Below are positions 27,415 through 41,816 of a DNA stretch of 64,000 bases, piece after piece; position 1 is the first letter of the stretch; each line of letters starts with the position of its first letter. The stretch is from Chrysomallon squamiferum (lineage: Eukaryota > Animalia > Mollusca): the NCBI GenBank assembly GCA_012295275.1, contig CM022672.1, forward strand, positions 24,614,001 to 24,678,000, given 5' to 3'. The position numbers and the translations under genes are program-made. The notes beneath the pieces are model-generated. The model did not search any database. It was not told the DNA's origin and saw only the letters and a list, made by a program, of their open reading frames with translations.

Positions 27415-28951
27415 TTATGAACTAAGTTTTAAGTCTGCTAGCTTATTCTCTGCTTTTCGTTCTTCTTTTTCCTTTTTCAGTCTGTTTGCTACTGCAGCCA
27501 CAAGAGCAGCCCCTTTGCCACTTCCATCATGAGACAACATGCACTTGAACTGGAAACAAAAAGAGGAAAAAAATGTTAGACCTTAATTTGTTGTAGAAAC
27601 TTGTAGAAAACTTGCTGATCATAATATTTTCAGACAAGTGCAATAATAATTTCTAATAATGTCAGCATTGTCTTCCAATCTCTCTTGAATAGGTTCAATA
27701 ATTTTAATGTTTCACTTATAAAGATCATTTCAAAAATTAACATTATGTTAAAAAATATTTTATAATTTATAAATTGGTTTCTTAAAACACATATATAAAT
27801 AAAATATTGATTAGCATTTGGTGTTATTCCTGTAAGTATTTGTGAGAATTCATGCATGTCTACAATCTAATACAAAATCAGTTATTGTGTTGTTTTGGGT
27901 ATGAAACATGTAAAGTTCAATGTATTTACTATATAAAGCAATTTTTAGTTGTACATACAAGTAAAGATGAGAGCTACAAAAACATGTTTTCAACTACAGT
28001 GCTGTGTACAATCAACTAAGTCAGTATTAATATTCACATATGTTGTGTAGGCTGACAACAGCTGGTACAGTTTTCATTGTAAGCAGAAATTTCCTAAACC
28101 CAATGGTCAATCTATAAATTTTACATTTCTATTAGAGAATATATTTTTGAAGCAATTGTATTTATTGCTTTCATTTCATACAATTCTTGTCTAAATATAT
28201 TATGCACACATTGCACATGTTCAATTTAAATACAGTTTAATATAAAATTTCATGAACATTAAGACATTAAGACTGAATGATCTCTAACAATGCCTCTAAA
28301 GGTATTATTACAACAAATTGTTTGGAAATCATGGTAAATCATGAAAAAAGACTCACTCGAATACCCTTGTCAACAAGCTGGCCTATCTTCTCCATCATGA
28401 GATCATGGAAATGAGGATGGAATCTGTAGAGAGATCCATCAACTGCTACTGTTACATCAGGTCTCTTCATCTTGTTCAATATGCAAGCAATTCCTAGAAA
28501 TATTTTATACTTTATTCAGTTTTTTCCATATAATCAATTTTGTTTATTCTCTAGTGATATTGTTCATTATTATTACGTTTTTATTTTTCTGGCTTTTTAA
28601 AAACAATTTCTAACATTTTAAAAGTTTAATGAGATTTTGTTTTTATGCTCTTGTTGAGTGTATTTTATCTGAGTAATATTATTATTTTCAACTTGAAGCA
28701 TAAATTACCAGCTGAAGCCAAATATGCCGCTCTTGTTGACACTGCTGCACAGACATACTGAGCAATTCTACAGTCCTCCTCGGTGAAATGGTCTATGTTC
28801 AACTCATCAAAGACCTGCTTTGTGTTCTTAAAACCATCATCAACATCACTGAAATCAAATCAGTTTATAAACTGGAGATAAAACCTCCTCATCATACCAG
28901 AGAAGAAACTGAATAAAAAGCTGTCATATATTTCATAACATTCAACATTAT

Positions 28952-28988
<37 letters not shown>

Positions 28989-31374
28989 AAACAAACAAAC
29001 AAACAAACAGACAAAAACAGCATAATTAATATTTGAATTTTGACAGAAGGAAATTATTTGTCAGATAAAACTCTAAAAAATGTTCTTTTCTGAGATCCTT
29101 AATTTATTTGGAAAGATATAGCACAGATTCAAAGATAATGCTTATCACAAAAAAGCCAGAATTTGAATGACGGAAAAGGATTTCATATACTCTGTAGCAG
29201 TCTTATACCTTTCAATTTCAGATACATATTTAGTGTAGAATCGACCTCTGGTTGCCATCTCTTCTGATCCATGACCTTGAAAGAGCAGACCATTCTTTCT
29301 TAACTTCTCCAAGATTAGACGTGCAATTTCACCCATATACATCCCTGAGATCATTTTCTCATATCTGTTTCAAAAATTGTATAGATATTACAACACAATC
29401 AAACAAACTGATGACACCAAAATAACAATCAATAGACATAAATATAAATATTATTTGAAAAAAAAAGTCCAATAAAAATCAAAAGAAATAATAAAAATTA
29501 AAATTAAAATTAAAAAAAAGTCAACAGTAAAGAATAAATTTGAACATTTTAAATAATTTGTTTCTGTTTATTCTTACATTTGTTTTCCTGGATTAAGAGA
29601 GTGACTGTCAACTTTGTGGTCATATTCTGTTTGAATGAAATCCAATGCTCCATCATTTCCAAATGCTCCCCACTCTGTATTGATTATAACCTGACATAAA
29701 AAATGTACTTATTAATCATTTTGAATGCATATAAAAATAAAAACGAAAGAATTTTTTAAAATCCTCCTTTATATCTATCCAAAAAACACATGTTTGAACA
29801 AATATTATAAATGCTACACTGGTTTGAAAATTCATGAACATTTTAGTTTAAAATATTTTTTTTTATAATTTGAACTTTACAGTGTCTTTCACAACAACTT
29901 GAATAGATTAAAAAAACAAAAAAAACAAAACAATTAGAGACTTTTGCAAAGACTAACTAGAAAAAAATGTAACTTACCTCCCTTGGCTCTTCATCATCTC
30001 CATCCCACAGCTCAACATTTTCAATTTTTTCAATGTAACATGCATTAGTGCCTGTACCTGAAACAAAATCAAATGAAAACTGCTGAATTAGACCCGCAAA
30101 AAAGAAAAAAAACCAAAACAAAAAAAAACTTGAATTTTTATGTGATGGATTATTCTACAAAAATTACTTTGAACAATTCCAGGCAACAGATGTCTTTCCA
30201 CACACAGTGGTTGGTGGAATGGATTTGTTATAAAAAAAATGCAAATTTAGGTAACACAAGTAAGTTTATAACTGAATAAAACATTACCTAAAATAAGACC
30301 AATAGCACATTGTCGATCACTATGAGCACATGACATCAGTGCACCCACAGTGTCATTTATCACAGCCAGACATTCCACGTGTATATCCTAGGAACGAAAA
30401 ACTTATTGAATAAAGCTTCAAATCCAGCAATGTTTATTATAATCATTAAATACTTAATTGTATTTCAACTACTGTGTTTCAATAAAAACTAATCTTTGAA
30501 AAGTGTAAATCAGTTCCTTCTGATTATAAAGCTTCAATCCAGGCAATTTTTTAAGTTTAACCAAAAAAAAAAAAAAAAAAAAAGAAAAGAACATATATAA
30601 TAGCTATGGAGATTTGCTTATATCTTTCAAAAAGTATATAATAATAATCTGTTGAAATTAGTTTTCTATTAACTACAAATGATTGTAATTAGATTAAATA
30701 ATAATACAAGTTTCTATTAAGCTTACACCACGCCTCTTGATTGCTTCGTGAAGTAGGTGAACAATATCGTTTCCTTCAACACCTTCACAGCGAAATCCCT
30801 TTGTCCATGTTGTTAAAATAGCACGGTCTAATCCTTTTTGTTGGCATGGAAATGAAAATGTGAATCCTAGGGGTAAATTAGAATCCTTCAAAGCATGTTC
30901 TTTCATAAAGCGATGTATACACTCTGCTATATGGTCAAATAACTGAAAAATAATTTATTGCATCACTTTAAAAAATTTGTTGATAGATGTTTAATTTTTA
31001 AATATTTGAGTGAGTAGTTTATTTCTTTCAGATATGTGAAAATCTTTTTGTGTATTCTAAATTTTAAAACATAAATGTGTTATGCAGATCATTTCAAGAC
31101 TGATCTTAAAAAATGTAATAAAATAATTATACATTAAGATTTGTAATGACTAGAATTTCAGTTAATTATTAACTATATGTGGTCTGATTATACTGCTGTT
31201 AAAGAAAAAAATAATAATAAAAAAAAAATTTGAAAAGAATAAAAATATAAAAGTAATAGTAAAAAAAAAAAAGTATGTGACTGCAATTAGATTTTTTTTT
31301 TTTTTTTTTTTTGATATATTTATTTATATAATCTTTATCTATATATGGTTCTATAGGATTATCTCTATAAATTC

Positions 31375-31412
<38 letters not shown>

Positions 31413-31946
31413 TATAATACCTGTACACCTGTTCCTAACATAATATGCTGTGGTATAATATAAATCTTGCTCTGCATTGTCACTTCTTGACCTTGTAAGG
31501 AGATCAGTAACACACGGAAATTTGTTCCACCCAAATCCAGTGCTAGGAAATCCCCATTCTCTGAAAACAGATGGTAAAAAACAGTCAAATATGACTGTTA
31601 TCAGTCAATCTGGTAATATAGTTTTAGGATTCTGGTATATTATTTTAATTTTAAAAATACTGTAAAAAGTGTTTTTTTACTTATGTTTACAAAAATGAAA
31701 CCAGATAAAATAGACAGATGCACATGTGTATCAGTAATCTGTTGGTTTGAGTGAGAATAAATGTCGTAGATCAGATTAATTACCTGTTCCATCAGGAACT
31801 GATCTAACATATGTTGGGAACATTTTGACAGCAGCATTGGCATTACTGTCCTTGCCAAGACCTTGGTTGAAGTTCTCCAACATTCGATCCATAACCTTTC
31901 GGTAGTCTTCATCCTTGAGGAGCAGAGGTTTTACAATATTTTCAAC
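27415..31946 (-). CDS. Hexokinase paralog B, common core (459 aa after a variable exon 1). Exons: 31946-31784, 31560-31421, 30942-30727, 30387-30288, 30057-29978, 29690-29578, 29364-29209, 28848-28709, 28493-28357, 27549-27415
   Basis: Motifs [85 protein letters not shown] and DGSGKGAA. Canonical GT-AG introns. Exon lengths 163/140/216/100/80/113/156/140/137/135 versus 163/140/216/100/89/113/159/140/137/90 in paralog A. Confidence 0.95.
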
Positions 31947-32825
31947 CTGAAATGTAATAAGAACATATTTGTTTTTTTAAATAACAAATACTATTTTCAA
32001 GTTATTTGGATTTTTGGATTTTTTCTTTTAAAAACCTGAAATTCAAAAAAAGAAAAAAAGACAGAAGGAATATAAATAAATAAATAAAATTTAATTTAAA
32101 AAAAGCAGATAATAAAAAATTAAAATTGAAAAGAATTCATACCAAAAAAATCAATTAATTTTGAAGCTGTGGCATTAAATTAACATTTTTCAAATACATC
32201 CATCAAAAATGCCTTTATTACTATGAAAAGAAAATTTAGATGAGAAATTAATTTTCAGGTTTTTTTTTAAAAGGATTATAATATAAGGTAATTTAAATAA
32301 TTTTTTTTGTTTATTTATTATTATAATAATTTGTATTTATTTATTTATTTATTTATTTATTTTTTTTGTAATGCTAGTATTACATATGCTTCAGGTAAGA
32401 GACTTCTCATCATTTTCATTCATGAAAAGGATTGCTTTTTGAAGACACACCTGAATTGACCTTTAACTGACAAACGCTTCCTGTCGAAATAGAGCCCTGG
32501 TTGTCTGGGTAAAATAGGTGTCATACACCAAGGTCACCTAATTTTCTTCAAAGCAAGCTTTAAATAAATCTCTCACAGCAATGTGTTACACTCAAATATT
32601 GCACGCAAACCCAAACAGCCAAATGTACAAACATTCACACAGTCTTAAGTATCAGGACAAATATTCATTGTAAAATAACTTAAAATTTATAGACTATTTT
32701 TAAAAATAAAATATAACAATAAGCTTTGCCATGTATGCCTTTAAAGAATGGATTTTAAAGAAAGGATGGATACTGTTTCTGTTTGTTTGTGTGTGTATGG
32801 TATAAAGAATTTAACAAGTATGAAT

Positions 32826-32870
<45 letters not shown>

Positions 32871-34486
32871 ATATAAGTTTAGTAATTGTGTATGGTTATG
32901 AAGATTTAAGAAGTGTATTAATAATAAAAATGTTTAAATGATTAAATTAAATGACATCAGTGAATGTTGCTAAATGCTAAATAAATAAATAGATAAATAA
33001 ATTTAAAAAAATAAAAATAAAAAAAATCACAAAATAATTAACATCTGATGCAACCGCACTGTTTAAAGAAAATTACTTAAAGAAATATGGTACTGGGTAA
33101 TTGACTTGGAGTTGTAACCTACTCCCAATAAGCACAGTTATAGTTTCATTCTTGGAATGGAGTAAAATTCCATATTTGCTTTCCTTGCTTTCCCTACACC
33201 ACATTTAGAGTATGGAAATTTCCAAACATTTATTTGTGTCACTCATTTGCAAAATTGCACAGTGAACAAAAAACATCAAACTGTAGGGAAAATAAAAAAA
33301 AAAAAAAAAAAAGATACCTTCTTGATACGTGTTTTAAGTGTAAACTTGATAGTATTTAATAAATATCTTAAGATTAGTATTTGTTTGGAATGTCTTTTTT
33401 CTTCCACTATTTCAGTTTTTAAAAATAATTTAGTCATAAATGTTTTTTTCTTATCATGCTAGTTTTATATAGCTGTCAGATATTTGGTTAAAAATACACA
33501 GAACAGTACCTCAGATGTTTGAAATGTCATTATATAATATGCTGTAACACTACGTCAATTCAAATTTGAAGTGTAGTTTTGTCATACATTACTGTAAACT
33601 AACCTGTCTGGAATGTAAAGGATCAGAGTGACCTGTTTGATGTTGCAGAACCTATCCCACAGACCTACTGACACATTACAAACACACAGTAATCTTAAGA
33701 TATACACTAAAGACAGATAAAGTTTATACATATAATAGGTATTAATTAGCTTCAACAAGGTCATCTTTATGATGTAATCAGACTGTATCACAAAGGTTAT
33801 TATGCCGCAGGTGAAGTACACATTACTTCATCTTTATCAGGTGTAACATGACATGCACTGACAGCTATATGCAATTACTGAAACTTGTTTGTTCACTTCA
33901 CTACTGTACAACAAGAGCAAGGGACTTTGTCACTAGAGTAGACCAGTACAAACATATTTTACACTTTTCATCTTTCACTTAGTATCTTTTTAAATGAATG
34001 GGAATATATAACTTGTTTAGTAAAGGATGATTTTGAAATGAGATTATTTTGGCAAGCTCCATTAAAAATTGTAAAACTAAGCATCTGTATATCACAATTA
34101 AGGATTTGTGTTATTTATCAAAATTTGGTAATTATATTATTCATTTAACAAAATATACCTTAATATAATAATATACATCAGTATACCATAATATAATTGA
34201 ACTATGAGTTACTGAATATAATATCTTTCACACTGTAGTTAAAACATTGTTTTAAGGATATTAAATTATTACATTTTCAGAAATGGGATATCCTCTGAAG
34301 TAATATTAAAGTTTTTATCTTTGGATACTAAGTCATTAAGTCAGTTATTCTGTATTGTAGTAATTGATACTATCCTTTTGTATTTTATGGCATTATGTAA
34401 TAATTAACTACATTTTCAAAAAAAAAAAAAAAAAAAATCTGACAATGATCATACTTACTCTATGGCTCACTGTTTGAGTCTCTCTG

Positions 34487-34519
<33 letters not shown>

Positions 34520-34587
34520 AATTATAAAAGATGATGTAACACTGAAAGAGAGACATGTTAAAAAACAGATTATGATGATACACTTGC

Positions 34588-34674
34588 CTTTGATAGGGCT
34601 GTTTGATCAGAAATTGTGTATTTCCACTTTCTTGCACGCAGCTTGAAAGATTCTGTACTTTGACAAGATCCCAT
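34588..34674 (-). CDS. Candidate HK-B first exon, MGSCQSTESFKLRARKWKYTISDQTALSK (N-myristoylation/palmitoylation-like), GC donor
   Basis: 87 nt (29 codons) ending AAG|gcaagt, the textbook GC-AG donor context. Phase 0. MGxCxS pattern followed by a basic cluster. Confidence 0.65.
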
Positions 34675-37600
34675 TGAATTGATGAAACGAATGATTAATA
34701 GAAACCGGTGAAAATCTGTTACATACGCAGATTAGTTCCAAATGAAATAGTGTATCCTTTTTAAAAACAGTAATCTTAAACTCTTCACAATACTTCAGAA
34801 AACATTTTCTCACTGATGTATTGTGATTTTAAATTCAACAACAAAATTTTCTTCAGCAACAAAAAATGAAGTAGTACGTGTATGATGACAGACAGATATT
34901 GTAGGAGAGCCCACTGTTAGCAGCAACTAGTCTTTCCTTAGGATCAATAATTCTAAACTCAATAGCTTACTCACAGTTCACCTGCAGTTTGATAATTCAG
35001 TAACAACTATTTTGTTTCCAATTAAAACTACTTTCATTCACTTTGGATATAATTTATATTATTTCTGTAATACACTTGTAGGATGTCACAGAATAAAGTG
35101 ATTTCATTAAGATGTGACAGTTGTTTATAAACACAAGATTATTCACTGCAATCCTGTTTGTGTGAATGACACATACTTGGTTCAGGATGGTACATGTGTC
35201 CTATTTGTCTGAATGAAATAAAGTCTTGGGATGGTAGGCTTTGTTTCTTCATATAAATTAGGGATGGATAAAGACCAAAAAAGGACAACTATTTTGACTT
35301 TTGAATGCCATTTATGATCATTTTTCTTAAAATCATATTTATGTTTTAAGTATAAAATCACTACCAGTATTTGAGAGGATTCTTAATTATTACAATGAAG
35401 AATATATTTTCCTTTTATAAATGTGCATTTTTTTTTTACTTGCATCACATATACTTTTGATATTTTTATTTAACAAAAATCTTTGGCAAGATATTTTCAT
35501 ACATAAATATTTTGCTTTAATCATGCACAGAAAATTATTAGTCAACAAATACTATATTTTCACTTTTGATAATAAAAAATTTATTGTTTAGGGTCTTTTT
35601 TTTTTTTACCATGCAGCTTTTATTAACCACAAAGGTCAGACTGTCCTGTCTCATACTTTTACAGGAATGGATTGGGGGTGTGTGCTATCTAGCATTCCAC
35701 ATTGGCTGATGCAACATCCTGATCAATATTTTGTCAATACTGCGTGGCAGTCTGCCAGCAACGTTAACACACTAAAATAAGGCTTGGCTAATTGCCAAGG
35801 TTACCTTGTTTAATATATTGTCTGTCTGAAAAAGGTGGGAACAGATGGAAACGTTTCATTGGCTGAGAAAGAAAGGGCACTGAGTTCATTGTGTCAGATT
35901 AAAAAGGAAACCTATGAGTTGAACAGTCACGCTAAGAGCATAAACATATTTTCATTACTTACTATGTAAAAGCAATACTTAGAAACACAGCCCACTACTT
36001 AAGTAGATATTTGATATCACAGTACTGCAGTCTATAATAATTTCCAATCATTATGTTCACTACTATTAATTTTTTTAAAACAAAGTTTAAATACTGAAAT
36101 TGGATGGTTGAATATAGTTTTTGCTGCACATTGAATGATTGTTTAGGTAATTTTAATGAAAAATTATCTCTACAAACTGATGATTAAATTAAGATGTACA
36201 CAGCTAAAGATCAGCTAATAATTCAACAGATATATCTTGCAAGGTATAAAAAATGGTTTTGATCTTAAAATTATGTATTACCATTAGTTTGCAATTGAAT
36301 AATGAGATCAAAAGCTTAATAAACTATCTTTCTTTACAACCAAAACAATATATGCCTTTCTCTGTCCATCTTTTTCTCTCTGTTCTTAACATAAATTTAA
36401 ATAAAAAGAAAACGATTATGTCAAATGGTGAAAAGGAAAGTGAATAAAATTAATTTTTTTGATAAATTAAATAAATCATTCTAAAGTTTTGGTGTGCATG
36501 TTAACATATACAAATTTCTCTTTTTTCTTTCATTGGGGAGAGAGAAAAAAAAATTTTGTAAATATTTTTGTAATTATCGGTTATCCACACACGTATGTTA
36601 TGTTTTCAAAGTATTTGCACAAAAATCAATTCTACAATAAAAATTAATGAACACAGTATCCAGTTAATGCTGATATGTACTCATGTTTAGGCAGATATAC
36701 GTTTGGGAAAATATCTGTTCTTATAGTTTTAACGTAGTATGCCTGCTGCAATGGCATGCAGAAAACTGTTTCCCAAAGAGTGTGCTAAAAATAGCCATAA
36801 TTACATTTACATCAGTTATGAACCAACATTACTGTATCTCAGAAAAATCAAAGCCTGAACTATTCATTTAAAATTCTGCTTTTTTTTTGTCAATGACAAA
36901 TAGTTTAGTGAAGGTCAAATCTCGTCAATAATTTGGTCTGATCTGCTTTCAGCCCATGACGCAAATAGTAAACTCATCAATATTCAAAGTGAATATGTCT
37001 ATGTATACAAGCCATATAAGGGAGATATTGCACATATATTTTTATTTGTTAAGCTTATGGAATCTTAATGCTATTTTACCATTATCAAACTGTGAAAAAG
37101 TTTGTGATTAAACAAAGATTAATGAATATATACACAGATATGCATGATGAACATTTAAATAAAAACAAATGATTTATTCCAGATAAAAGCACAACAGAAA
37201 TGCAGATAACATTAGAGAAGCATATATTGTACACAAATTAACATTATTATTTATTTATACTTTTAAACTAATGAATCACTCATACAAATGTTTTTTTTTT
37301 AGCTTTTCTGTTTTCAAAAGAATACAAATGAAGACTAAACATAGGAACGTTCTTTCTTTATTATGCCATGTACATATCTACACATGCATAAACACACACT
37401 CAATCTCTGATACAACACTTTGCAAATTCAGTAAGTAACAAATATGCTTTTGAACTGCATATTCTACAGAAGATAATGTTAAATCTCATCAGCATGTAAA
37501 TAAAAAATGACTTAATCTTGGTGTCAGATGTTGATATAAAATATTTTAAAAGTATACATATTAAACTGCTCCTGTTTATCTTTTACATTCCTTTGTTTGC

Positions 37601-39041
37601 TAGGAGTAGAACTTTTGCACCACTGTTAATGTAAATAACATACAAGTCAGTTTTCTAATTAGATATACATGAAAATGATATTATTATTAACATGAATGAA
37701 ATGTATGAGAATCCACGAATGTGTGTTCAACAGAACATCCTTCCAGAGGATTTTCATTGTATTGTATGATCAGTACAAATGTACCTATCACTGCATTCCT
37801 GACTACATTGTCAACAGTTAAACTATGGTGACATAAAAAAAGGATATGTCGCAATGTTAACAAATAGGGCCACTGGAGTGAACACAGGAGCTTAGTTAAA
37901 GGTGTCATAAAGCATGTAGTTCTGGTTATAGAAATACACCAAAAGAGTTAAATGATGTACAATGATCAAAGGTGGGGACAGTCTTAAATACATCCTCAAC
38001 CGACATTAATATCCAATCTGCAATATTTCTAATATTCCATACAAAATAATTTCAGATGATGCCACAAAGCAGATCTACATTACACAAAAAGAGGTGTTAA
38101 GACAGCCAGTAATTAAATACCAACATTTAACACATCAAGTTAAAAAGGTTTTTCTGGATTTGATATTTACCTGAATTTTGGCTAATTTTACACATTACAG
38201 CTGGAATAGCAGATTTTTTAATTTTTTAATTTTTTTAAAGCATTTTAATCCAATGAGGAAATCATTGATCATTAAAACATATCAATGTAAATCTGACATT
38301 TAAGAACAAGACTCAGAATCCAGTTATACCTTCAGAAAGAGTATAACATTACAAATTAAGACATTAACCACATTTCAAAGTATTATCAACTCCTGTGGAC
38401 ACTGTACAAAATATTACTTATCTAAACTGTTCATGACAGATTTATTATAATGGATATTTATTTCATTTTTACATAATTTCTATTTTTACAATTTCTTCTT
38501 GATCTTTTTATAACAGTCTTACATTTTGAGGTATTTTTTATATCAAAATATGTCATACAACATAAATAATTTGATTTCTATTAGGATTAATTTTAGAAAT
38601 ATTTGTAGCAAATACTGAATACTTTTATGTATACCCTTTACAACATCCATAATACTTAAGATACATATTAATAAGATTTCTTTACTTGTCTTTAAATTAA
38701 CACATTTATATAAAATAAAACAAATGTTCTGCATTATTCAGTTCTACTGCCTTTTCATCTCAAAGTTTAATACAAATAATTTAATTCATGGCAAATCATA
38801 AGCTAAATAATATAATTTTACTGTGTTAATTATTCTTTAAAAAAAGTGACTAAAATATGTTTGTTGAGTTCTTTAAGATTTATTGATATTTATATTGTTT
38901 TGTGAATTATTTACGTTAGCTTTATGATGTTTCTCATCATTTTAAGACATTTTTGAGGCATTATGTCTGGTTTATGCAAAAAGAAGAAGAAAAAAGGTTA
39001 TGTCGCAGCTTTTAGAACCAATTAATAATACATGCTGTGTA

Positions 39042-39083
<42 letters not shown>

Positions 39084-39399
39084 TGTGTGTGTGTTTACTT
39101 GTCTATATTTGTTCACACTTAAAATTATGTGATTGTAGACAAAATATACAAATTTATAAACAATTGTACAGATCTAAACTTAATGACTAAAATTAATAAG
39201 TCTTAATTCTAAATGACCTTTATAATATGAAAGCAAATAATTCTAATTGTAATAGTTAAACTGACTGACAGGAATGATTGTACAGACTTCAAATTAATCT
39301 TGTGTTAGAATTTAGAGGACAAACAAAGATCACCTTATTATAATAGAAACGACCACACCTGTAACAGAAACACACAACACAACACTGCAGGTTACCTAC

Positions 39400-39504
39400 C
39401 AGAAGTCTTCGTGCTTTTTCATCTTTGTTCTTCAACTTCTGAGCTTTCCGTATTCCACGATTACTTATCAAACTAGGTGGCTTTAATGTATTTTGTGAAG
39501 GCAT
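39400..39504 (-). CDS. Candidate HK-B first exon, MPSQNTLKPPSLISNRGIRKAQKLKNKDEKARRLL (basic)
   Basis: 105 nt (35 codons), donor CTG|gtaggt, phase 0. TATA-like TATATTTA at ~39608-39601. Confidence 0.6.
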
Positions 39505-41816
39505 TATATAAATATAAACAAGTACTCTCTACATATAAAAACTGACACCAATATCACAGCAAAAAAAAGTGCTGGAATGTATCTAGTAGCGTGCTGATCC
39601 TAAATATAGTTCCAGTTCTCCATATATCAGTCAGATCAAACAACAGTTTGGGTTTTTGTGATACTGGTGTAGTGTATCACAATGTAGATGTAACCTAGAG
39701 TGAAATACTTTAACAATTCACAACAGAATATCCCACAGTCCCTTCTGCTAATAATCAGTCGAAACAATCAATGGCCATCACCATCAATATACAGACCAGG
39801 CAACTGTATGTTGAGCTAAATTTGGCAGCAGGAAATATATTACCATGCAGAACTTGTACAGTGATCAAGAAAGCAAGCAGTGCATGAGTGAAAATGTTGA
39901 GGGTTGAATCACATGAATATCAGTGAAAGCAGTAAAGCAGAACAAAAATTTGACCTCTGAAGGATACAATAGGTCATTCATACATTTGGAAACATCCTGT
40001 ATGTAGTGTTAAAACTGTGGTAGATATTCGTGAAAGCAGACATGAAAACTGATAAATTATGCATGCATGGTAGCAATGTTTCTTTGATGGAGTTTTAATG
40101 CAAAGTTTAATCATAAAAATGTTCTGCCATGCATGAGCAAATGCTGTAGTGAGCTAGAAGAATTTTAAGAGAACAACTCAATGACTTGGCATTTTACATG
40201 TCATGATATTATAAATAAATAAATGAGAATTGGCAAACTGCCAGAACTGCCGTTTAGTTCTGTTTTTTGATAGGAAGTAAAGGAAGACCATTGTTATTAT
40301 ATTTTATATACATCTTGACACAAACATATATGTCTTGTTATCAAATACGTGTTTTTTTAAACAAAAGCGACCCCCTGCTTAACATTTTGACACAACTTCA
40401 ATATAAATTATAACAAGATATGTATTAACTAAAAACTGGGAATGCTTATGTACACGTATGCAGATATGTGGGATTGGCCTTCATTGTCAGCAGAAATGTC
40501 TTCATGTGATCTTTGTATGTCCTCTACATTTATTATGTCACGTTGTTTATTGTTCACATCTTGGAAATATATGCTTAACAAAAGAAAGGTTCTATGATAA
40601 AAATAATTAGATTTTTTTTTCAAAAGAACCCACCCCCATTAAATTTCATGTAACTCATACTGGCCTCAAAACAGTTAATTGATATTAATGTCAGTCACAG
40701 ACTGTAATTAATGTGAGTTTTTAAAACTAATAATTTATTTCTCAAGTCTTATTTATAATGGAAAAGGAAATTCCAAATAAAAATCCTATCAAACATGTAA
40801 GATATCAATTAAAACATTTCACAGTAACATTTTATTAACTTGTTACCAACAAACAATTTTTTTATTTATAGTAATTACACAACAAGCAAAAGAAATACAT
40901 ATTTGTCAACTTTTCAACAAATTTTAACTTGATTTGTTAAAATATAATCAGGCTACAGGTTTGTTTTTAAAGTAAAACAAAAAAATATTTATGTTTACTT
41001 TTGGAGCTGTTTGTTACTGAATATCAATTTCAGACATTAAACAATCTAAACAATTCATACATATATTTATTTTTAATAAAGAAAATCAATTGTAGGTATG
41101 TATATCCAAAAATATAGTTATATATATATATTGTACTTTATTGATTTATACCCAGCTGTCATTACCTTCAAACCCTGTAAACAATTTAATTATAGTTCAC
41201 AAACAAGTTTTATTATACTTGTAGATAAAACTAAGCTTATTCAACCGTTATAAAATTTTAAATTATATTTTAAATTATTATAATTTTTTATTAATTTTTG
41301 TTTTTGTTTTTATTTAATTTTGATTATTTACGTCTTTTTTTATAAATATTTTTTTTTTTTTTTTTTATTATTAATATCACTTCCTTTTTACTTAGACAAA
41401 CATACATGTATACATTTAAAATTCACTAAATATATCTGAGAAAAATACTTTATTTGTATTTGTAAATAAGATACACTTATTTGTATATTTTATTTGTAAA
41501 TAAATAAATAAGATCAAGACAATGGTAGGAGGATGACATTTTCCCCCCTATCTTATCTGAATAATTTTTCTCTGGCAAAAAAACAATAAGAAAAATTTAC
41601 AAAACTGATATGATTTTAAAAATATGATAAAATTTTTGAAAATCAAGTTTCAATATTAATTTTTAAAAATTTAAAAAAAAAAAATAAAAAAATGAAAAAA
41701 AAAATATAACAATAAGAAAATAAAAACAAAGTTTTAAATTCTTAAATACTTGAATGCTAATATCTAATAAGATTATAAATGATTATGCTGATGATAATTT
41801 TAATAATAATCCCTAC

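Noticed and set aside
27370-27417. Stop-codon read-through extending HK-B
   Set aside because: TAA-T is a poor read-through context and another stop follows after 13 codons.
35800-35860. ATG...CAAG|gtaacc candidate HK-B first exon
   Set aside because: Ends in phase 1, out of frame with the core. Similar donors near 33825, 38170 and 38330 have stops or the wrong phase.
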